Shown one piece after another: positions 1 to 5,018 of a stretch of DNA of 5,258 bases. The notes below the pieces were generated by a model that was not told where the DNA came from, searched no databases, and worked only from the letters and a program-made list of their open reading frames with translations. The translations under genes were made by a program, and so were the position numbers. This DNA comes from a virus, in the UHGV virus genome UHGV-0236308. One strand, given 5' to 3'. Each line of letters starts with the position of its first letter. Position 1 is the stretch's first letter.

Positions 1-777
1 TACTGGCTTACTCTCACCTACGACGAAGAGCACATTCAACATCTTCTAGTACCTGCGGCGGACAAGAAAACAGGCGAAGTCATCAAAGTGGCAAGCCTGT
101 ACAAAAAAGACCTGCAGGACTTTATGAAGCGTATCCGGGAACGATGGAAAAGAGTGCACAATAATCCCAACGTGAGATTCTACGCGTGCGGAGAGTATGG
201 GGAACAAAATCACCGACCTCACTTTCATGTCATCTTATTCAACTTTGTGATACCAGACTTGGAACTCATCACAAATAAGAATGGATTTGCAGTATTCCAA
301 TCCGAGGAGGTCAGCAAGGTATGGGGTATGGGAAACGTAACCATAAACCGAAATTCGTGGCTGACGGCTGCCTATACCGCGCGATACATGATGAAAAAGC
401 GCAAAGGAAAATGGGCAAAACAGGAGTACGCAGAAGCCGGAATAAATCCAGAATTCTGCCTCTGCTCCAGAAAGCCGGGAATCGGATACGGATACTACGA
501 AGCACACAAGGATGAAATATACAGCAAGGACGGTATCGCATATGCAAAAGCAAAAGGAGGCGCACAGACCAGAAAACCACCAAAGTATTTCGACAAGTTG
601 TTTAAACTGGAAAATCCGAACAAATTTGCGGAGATACAGGCACTGCGCAAAGAGGTGGCGGAACACCAGTTTAAATACAGACTTGTTGGAAAAACAACAT
701 TACCGCGAATAGAATACTACAAAATTGAGGAACAGGTTAAGCAGGACACTATTAAAGCGCTAAGGCGGACGCTGTGA
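1..777 (+). CDS. VP4: Replication initiator VP4 (HUH rolling-circle endonuclease), C-terminal 258 aa; full protein 338 aa, join(5019..5258,1..777)
   Basis: Frame 1 is open from base 1. RCR motif I WLTLTY (4-21), DLQDFMKR, YACGEYGEQNHRPHFH (motif II HUH at 220-228), motif III YTARYMMKK with two Tyr (373-387), SRKPGIG, PPKYFDK. The track start at GTG 88 is an artefact of linearisation. Confidence 0.96.
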   Translation, partial: YWLTLTYDEEHIQHLLVPAADKKTGEVIKVASLYKKDLQDFMKRIRERWKRVHNNPNVRFYACGEYGEQNHRPHFHVILFNFVIPDLELITNKNGFAVFQSEEVSKVWGMGNVTINRNSWLTAAYTARYMMKKRKGKWAKQEYAEAGINPEFCLCSRKPGIGYGYYEAHKDEIYSKDGIAYAKAKGGAQTRKPPKYFDKLFKLENPNKFAEIQALRKEVAEHQFKYRLVGKTTLPRIEYYKIEEQVKQDTIKALRRTL

Positions 778-785
778 AGTGGAGG

Positions 786-812
786 AAGCCCCCGGAGAAA
801 TCCGGGGGCTTT
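786..812 (+). terminator. Probable intrinsic terminator hairpin after VP4
   Basis: Perfect 11-bp stem AAGCCCCCGGA (786-796) / TCCGGGGGCTT (801-811) with a GAAA tetraloop, starting 9 nt after the VP4 stop. The U-tail is short (TTTGT). Confidence 0.7.
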
Positions 813-892
813 GTGCTGGCCGCGCCGGCACCCTAAAGGGGCCCCCGACGCTTTTATGGCCAGCAGGCCAATAAGGAAAGGGGCAAACCTTT

Positions 893-963
893 ACAAAAAA
901 TCGAAAAATAGTTGAAAAACATAAAAAAATAATTAATGCAAAAAATTAAAAAAATGATATAAT
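893..963 (+). promoter_or_regulatory. Extended -10 sigma70/sigmaA promoter with A-tract upstream region
   Basis: TGaTATAAT at 955-963 is a perfect TGnTATAAT. The -35 is weak (ATGCAA 936-941). A-tracts upstream resemble an UP element. It lies just before the SD (AAAGGGG 979-985) of the first gene of a long coupled gene run. Confidence 0.75.
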
Positions 964-994
964 TAAGATAAATAAAAGAAAGGGGATAAAAACA

Positions 995-1309
995 ATGAAA
1001 ATCTACACACTGATTGGAACCATGAAAGTCGACGAAGGAACAGGAACACTGGAAAACGGAAGAATGATGTACGTACCAACTGTAACAACCAGCGAGAAAG
1101 AAATGAGAGAATTGACAGACTGGTACGACTACACTTGCACGAAATGGTCAGAAATAACCATAAGCGAGGAGGCGAAGGAAGCTGTAAAAACAAGAGTAAT
1201 CTACACATGGAGGGATGAGGAAGGAAAAATAAGGTACAGCCAAGACCCAAAATACACATTCAAGAAAATCATGGAGGCCAAGTATGGAAATCTGGGATAT
1301 GATGATTAA
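995..1309 (+). CDS. Hypothetical protein orfA (104 aa)
   Basis: ATG at 995 with AAAGGGG SD at 979-985, directly downstream of the promoter. Same strand and codon style as the core genes. No family recognised. Confidence 0.8.
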   Translation: MKIYTLIGTMKVDEGTGTLENGRMMYVPTVTTSEKEMRELTDWYDYTCTKWSEITISEEAKEAVKTRVIYTWRDEEGKIRYSQDPKYTFKKIMEAKYGNLGYDD

Positions 1310-1442
1310 CATCACGAGGGCACGAGCCGATAAGGCATTCCGGGAACTGGACTACGAGGTGTTCACCGCGCTCTGCAAACTACTGGAAGACTTTGACAAA
1401 ATCAAAATGGCATATGGGAAGGGAGACAAAACCAATGTTTAA
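1284..1442 (+). CDS. Hypothetical protein orfB (52 aa, not in the ORF track)
   Basis: GGAGG at 1273-1277, ATG 1284, TAA 1440-1442. Sequence MEIWDMMINITRARADKAFRELDYEVFTALCKLLEDFDKIKMAYGKGDKTNV. It fills the gap between orfA and orfC, overlapping them by 26 and 8 nt. Confidence 0.75.
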   Translation: MEIWDMMINITRARADKAFRELDYEVFTALCKLLEDFDKIKMAYGKGDKTNV

Positions 1443-1608
1443 TCTAACCAACAAGCAGGCGAAGGTCCTGGACGAACTTATCATGATGGAGAAGGCCACA
1501 GAAACCAAAAATGCGTGGATTTCCTTCCGGCTACTTGCAAACGTCAGCGCGAAGGAATATGATAACATCAAGCAGGAAGGAGGTGATGACAATGGCATAC
1601 AGACGTAA
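1435..1608 (+). CDS. Hypothetical protein orfC (57 aa), possible mini HTH-like protein
   Basis: AAGGGAG SD at 1419-1425 precedes ATG 1435, preferred over the track's TTG 1393. Sequence MFNLTNKQAKVLDELIMMEKATETKNAWISFRLLANVSAKEYDNIKQEGGDDNGIQT. Confidence 0.7.
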   Translation: MFNLTNKQAKVLDELIMMEKATETKNAWISFRLLANVSAKEYDNIKQEGGDDNGIQT

Positions 1609-1708
1609 GGCAAGGCGAGGGGACCACAGAATGTTCATGCGCACGGCAGGAACCACGAAGCAAATCAACATCACGCCTAAAATCATGCGAGGAGGCATCA
1701 GACTTTGA
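1592..1708 (+). CDS. VP8: Small basic DNA-binding/packaging protein (VP8-like, J analogue), 38 aa
   Basis: Full SD AGGAGGTGA at 1578-1586 and ATG 1592. Sequence MAYRRKARRGDHRMFMRTAGTTKQINITPKIMRGGIRL has an Arg/Lys-rich N-terminus, F.RTA and the C-terminal MRGGIRL typical of gokushovirus small basic proteins. Confidence 0.85.
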   Translation: MAYRRKARRGDHRMFMRTAGTTKQINITPKIMRGGIRL

Positions 1709-1992
1709 AAGGCTATCTGTACAGCATCTACGACACCAAGCTGCACCAGGTCATCATGATGACCATCCACCAAAACGACAAGGACGCCAAAGAAAATTTC
1801 CACAAGGCAACGAAGGAATTCGACGCCAGAGCGCTGGTCCTCTGCCGGATGGCGGACATCGACACCGAAGAAAATGAACTCACAATCTCAAAACAGGAGG
1901 TCGTCTCACGTGGCAAAAACAACCTCAAACACGCCAAGGTTCTACAGCCGGCTGAATCTGCCGGAGCGGAAACCGTCTCCAGCGGGAAGTGA
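1705..1992 (+). CDS. VP5: Nonstructural protein VP5-like (95 aa)
   Basis: TTG start overlaps the VP8 stop (TTGA 1705-1708), with SD GAGGAGG upstream. N-terminal LYSIYDTK, ND..A...F and a later L..(M)ADID.E match the VP5 pattern as recalled. Position before VP3 fits. Confidence 0.7.
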   Translation: MKGYLYSIYDTKLHQVIMMTIHQNDKDAKENFHKATKEFDARALVLCRMADIDTEENELTISKQEVVSRGKNNLKHAKVLQPAESAGAETVSSGK

Positions 1993-2398
1993 ATGGGCTG
2001 AACAGTGCGTCATCGATGTAGACAGCGAAACCGGAGCGAAGGTCTTAAAAGTAGTCGGAAGAGAAAACATCTACGAGAAAATCCAGGAATGCCTGGAACC
2101 GACAAAAATCGAGAATATCATCCGTCGATTTGAAGAAGGAGACCCGACGGCACTAGGACACGAAAGCGGCATCTATGCCGACATCAGCGACATGCCGACA
2201 AACATCATCGAGGCGCAGAAGCGCATCCAAGACGTGCAGGCAAAATTCGCGTCGCTGCCTATCGACATCAAGGAAAAATTCGGGAACGACCCGACGGTCT
2301 TCATGGCGCAAATCCTTTCAGGGGAAGGATTGCAGAAACTGAAGAAGGAACCTGAAACCGCGGTACAGGAGGAAATCAAGGATGAACAGAAACAGTAA
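1910..2398 (+). CDS. VP3: Internal scaffolding protein VP3 (162 aa)
   Basis: AGGAGGT at 1895-1901 precedes the in-frame GTG 1910, preferred over ATG 1874. Motifs IENIIRRF..GD, GIYADISDMP and FASLPIDIKEKFGNDP..F are typical of VP3. Confidence 0.88.
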   Translation: MAKTTSNTPRFYSRLNLPERKPSPAGSEWAEQCVIDVDSETGAKVLKVVGRENIYEKIQECLEPTKIENIIRRFEEGDPTALGHESGIYADISDMPTNIIEAQKRIQDVQAKFASLPIDIKEKFGNDPTVFMAQILSGEGLQKLKKEPETAVQEEIKDEQKQ

Positions 2399-4103
2399 CA
2401 GCCGTTTCGCACAAGCTCCACAGGTAGATATACAGCGGTCCACCTTTGACCGCTCCAGTGGGCACAAAACGACGTTTAACGCCGGCAAATTGGTGCCCAT
2501 CTATGTGGACGAGGTTTTACCCGGAGACACGTTCGAGATGAAAACGTCGGCCATTATACGGGGAAGTACGCCTATCTTCCCGGTCATGGACAACGCCAAC
2601 CTGGACATTTACTTTTTCTTCGTACCGAACCGGCTAGTTTGGGACCACTGGAAGGAGTTCAACGGCGAAAACACAGCCAGCAAGTGGGAACAGACTGTGG
2701 AATACAGCATCCCGCAGATGGCTCCTCCATTAAGCACCGGAACAAAACCAAAAGCGGGCTGGGAAAAAGGAACCCTGGCGGACTATATGGGCATTCCGAC
2801 AGAGGTAGGACCTGGAGCCTCACAGAACAATCCAGAATACACTGTCAATCATCTACCTTTCCGGGCTTACTGCCTGATTTGGAACGAATGGTTCCGGGAC
2901 CAGAACCTACAGGACCCGGTGCTTATCGACAAAGGGGATTCACAGACCAACGGCAGACACCTGATACCAGAAGGGAACTCAATCACATTTGAGAACCAAG
3001 CCGCTTTACAAGGGGCCAATCTTCTGCCGGTAAACAAGTACTTCGACTACTTCACAGGGGCACTTCCTGAACCGCAGAAGGGGCCAGAGGTGCTATTGCC
3101 TTTGGGCAACACAGCGCCGATTATCACCAATCAAAATCCAAACAGTATATTACCCAAATACGGCGTAACATTCAGATCAGACCAATTCACCGAAGTCGGA
3201 AAATCACACAACCTATCAATAACAGTCACAGGTCAAAAGTATGGTAAAATGGTAGCAGATAATAAAGAGACGACCATACTAGAAGCACAAAATGCAGTGC
3301 CAAACAACTTAATCGCAGACCTGGGAAACGCTACAGCTGCAACCATCAACGAACTGCGGCTCGCGTTCCAGCTCCAGAAACTGTACGAACGAGATGCTCG
3401 AGGCGGTACGAGATATATTGAGATTATAAAATCTCATTTCGGAGTAACGTCTCCAGATGCCAGACTTCAGAGACCTGAATACCTGGGCGGCGAACGTATC
3501 CCGATTAACATTGACCAGGTCATCCAGACATCTGGTACGATAGAAGGAAGTACTCCGCAGGGCAATACTGGTGCCTATTCCCTTACAGGCAACCAGGGAA
3601 GCTATTTCAAGCACTCTTTCGTGGAACACGGGTACGTGCTGGGGCTGGCGTGTGTCCGAACCGAACACACCTACCAGCAGGGACTGGAAAAAATCTGGAA
3701 CCGGAAGAATCGATTTGACTTCTATTGGCCGGCTCTGGCAAACATCGGAGAACAAGCCATCCTCAACAAAGAAATCTACCTGCAAGAAGTCAAAAGCATG
3801 AACGAAGAAGCCTTTGGCTATCAGGAAGCCTGGGCGGAATACCGGTATAAGCCGAGTCGGGTAAGCTCGGCATTCAGAAGCAACGCCACTGGAAGCCTGG
3901 ACGCGTGGCACTACGCGGACTACTACGAAACAATGCCGGTGCTTTCAGCAGAATGGATACAGGAAACCTACAAGAACGTGGACAGGACTCTGGCTGTACA
4001 GTCTACCCTAGAAGACCAATACATTGCAGACTTCTGGTTCAAGTGCAAATGTACTCGGCCTATGCCTATCTACAGTATCCCTGGACTGATTGACCATCAC
4101 TAA
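2382..4103 (+). CDS. VP1: Major capsid protein VP1 (573 aa)
   Basis: AGGAGG at 2367-2372. Motifs RSTFDRS..HKTTFNAGKLVPIYVDEVLPGDTF, FFFVPNRLVW, IWNEWFRDQNL, PQKG, TINELR.AFQLQKLYERDARGGTRY, RLQRPEYLGG, FGYQEAWAEYRY and the C-terminal PGLIDH. Confidence 0.98.
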   Translation: MNRNSNSRFAQAPQVDIQRSTFDRSSGHKTTFNAGKLVPIYVDEVLPGDTFEMKTSAIIRGSTPIFPVMDNANLDIYFFFVPNRLVWDHWKEFNGENTASKWEQTVEYSIPQMAPPLSTGTKPKAGWEKGTLADYMGIPTEVGPGASQNNPEYTVNHLPFRAYCLIWNEWFRDQNLQDPVLIDKGDSQTNGRHLIPEGNSITFENQAALQGANLLPVNKYFDYFTGALPEPQKGPEVLLPLGNTAPIITNQNPNSILPKYGVTFRSDQFTEVGKSHNLSITVTGQKYGKMVADNKETTILEAQNAVPNNLIADLGNATAATINELRLAFQLQKLYERDARGGTRYIEIIKSHFGVTSPDARLQRPEYLGGERIPINIDQVIQTSGTIEGSTPQGNTGAYSLTGNQGSYFKHSFVEHGYVLGLACVRTEHTYQQGLEKIWNRKNRFDFYWPALANIGEQAILNKEIYLQEVKSMNEEAFGYQEAWAEYRYKPSRVSSAFRSNATGSLDAWHYADYYETMPVLSAEWIQETYKNVDRTLAVQSTLEDQYIADFWFKCKCTRPMPIYSIPGLIDHH

Positions 4104-4117
4104 GGAGGAAACCAAGA

Positions 4118-4945
4118 ATGGGATTCCTGGACTTTTTCAAGGGGGCATTTGCGACTGGTGCTAATTATCCCTCAAAGGATAACTGGAACGTCCAATATGA
4201 GCAAAATATCGCAGACCGAGATTGGCAACGCAACCAGCAAGCAGCACAGCAGGCATTCATAAATGAGATGACCAGCGCACAAATGGCCATGAATTGGGAT
4301 GCCCAGCAAGCTGCACTCAATCGCCAATTCCAACAAAGCAGCGCACAACAGGCTATGCAGTTTAGCGCCAGCGAAGCGGCCCTAAATCGCCAATGGCAGG
4401 AAGCCATGAATCAAAAGGCGATGAACTGGGATGCTCAGCAAGCTGAGATAAACCGTAACTGGCAAGCAGCTGAGGCGCAAGCGAACAGAGAATTCCAAAC
4501 TGCATCTGCACAACAAGCCATGCAGTGGGAAGCACAGCAAGCTGAACTCCAGAGACAGTTCCAAACCGAGATGTCCAATACAAGCTATCAGAGGGCCGTA
4601 AAGGACCTTAAAGCCGCTGGCCTTAATCCTATACTGGCAGCACTCAATCAGGGGGCTTCTACGCCCTCTGGGGCCATGGGAGGGGGCTTTGCGGCATCGG
4701 GGTCTATGGGCGGAGGTGCACAGGGGTCTGGATTCACCTCTTCCGGGTCATCCGGACAAGGTTTTTCGGCGTCTGGTTCCCAGGGCCGCGGATACTCCGC
4801 AACCGGTAAACAGGCGACCAGCGCGAAGGGCATCGTCAAGGATGGACTTGGTCTCCTGGGAGACATCATCAAGCTGTCGATTCACGAGCAGCACCAGTCG
4901 AAGACCGAGTTCGGGAAACTTCTCGCAGGCTTTATGGGCCGATGA
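4118..4945 (+). CDS. VP2: DNA pilot protein VP2 (275 aa)
   Basis: TAAGGAGG SD fused to the VP1 stop (4101-4108). Gln/Ala-rich coiled-coil repeats plus the conserved pilot motif MSNTSYQRAVKDLKAAGLNPILA...GASTPSG. Confidence 0.93.
   Translation: MGFLDFFKGAFATGANYPSKDNWNVQYEQNIADRDWQRNQQAAQQAFINEMTSAQMAMNWDAQQAALNRQFQQSSAQQAMQFSASEAALNRQWQEAMNQKAMNWDAQQAEINRNWQAAEAQANREFQTASAQQAMQWEAQQAELQRQFQTEMSNTSYQRAVKDLKAAGLNPILAALNQGASTPSGAMGGGFAASGSMGGGAQGSGFTSSGSSGQGFSASGSQGRGYSATGKQATSAKGIVKDGLGLLGDIIKLSIHEQHQSKTEFGKLLAGFMGR
4274..4570 (+). repeat. Nine tandem 33-nt (11-aa, hendecad) coding repeats in VP2
   Basis: Aromatic residues (W/F) fall at VP2 positions 60, 71, 82, 93, 104, 115, 126, 137 and 148, exactly 11 apart. 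Two unit types are visible: xAQxAMxW/F and Q/EAxxNRxF/WQ. Confidence 0.9.
4673..4807 (+). repeat. Nine tandem 15-nt (5-aa) Gly/Ser coding repeats in VP2
   Basis: AMGGG FAASG SMGGG AQGSG FTSSG SSGQG FSASG SQGRG YSATG, with Gly at every fifth residue (190-230). Confidence 0.88.
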
Positions 4946-4961
4946 GATTCTAAATTTCTGT

Positions 4962-5001
4962 CACTCAGCTCCATTACAACAAGCTATAATGGAGCTGAGT
5001 G
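4962..5001. other. Perfect 15-bp inverted repeat, candidate rolling-circle origin hairpin (may also terminate VP2 transcripts)
   Basis: CACTCAGCTCCATTA (4962-4976), loop CAACAAGCTA, TAATGGAGCTGAGTG (4987-5001). It sits in the VP2-VP4 intergenic gap just upstream of the Rep SD and has no U-tract. The origin role is inferred. Confidence 0.65.
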
Positions 5002-5018
5002 TAAATGGAGGACCAAAA

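Noticed and set aside
88..777. 229-aa ORF starting at GTG 88 as a stand-alone gene
   Set aside because: The frame is open back through base 1 and across the junction to ATG 5019, and motif I and the Cys motif lie upstream of 88.
781..785. GGAGG SD-like sequence after the VP4 stop
   Set aside because: There is no start codon at a suitable distance and it runs straight into the terminator hairpin.
905..950. dif-like TTATGTT on the minus strand, and TTGAAA (912-917) as a -35, in the A-rich tract
   Set aside because: Low-complexity sequence. The dif arm spacing does not fit and no -10 lies 16-18 nt from TTGAAA.
235..1259. Hydrophobic minus-strand ORFs (235-666, 311-583, 963-1259) as membrane or lysis proteins
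   Set aside because: They are antisense shadows of an A-rich coding strand, which yields Phe/Leu-rich reverse frames. No convincing SD or promoter was seen and all real genes are on +.
1511..1591. Upstream extension of VP8 from ATG 1511 (similarly TTG 1393 for orfC and ATG 1874 for VP3)
   Set aside because: Much stronger, correctly spaced SD sites precede the downstream starts at 1592, 1435 and 1910.
2639..2992. 117-aa alternative-frame + ORF in VP1 as an overprinted gene
   Set aside because: TTG start without an SD, low-complexity R/G/P composition and no transmembrane segment. Long off-frame ORFs are expected when T is scarce. Not strictly excluded.
3309..3911. 200-aa minus-strand ORF inside VP1 (and other minus ORFs in VP3 and VP2)
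   Set aside because: Antisense to highly conserved coding sequence, with no recognisable motifs or expression signals.
4274..4570. VP2 33-nt periodicity as a CRISPR array or DGR repeat
   Set aside because: The repeats are degenerate, in frame and conserved at protein level. There are no spacers, cas genes or reverse transcriptase.
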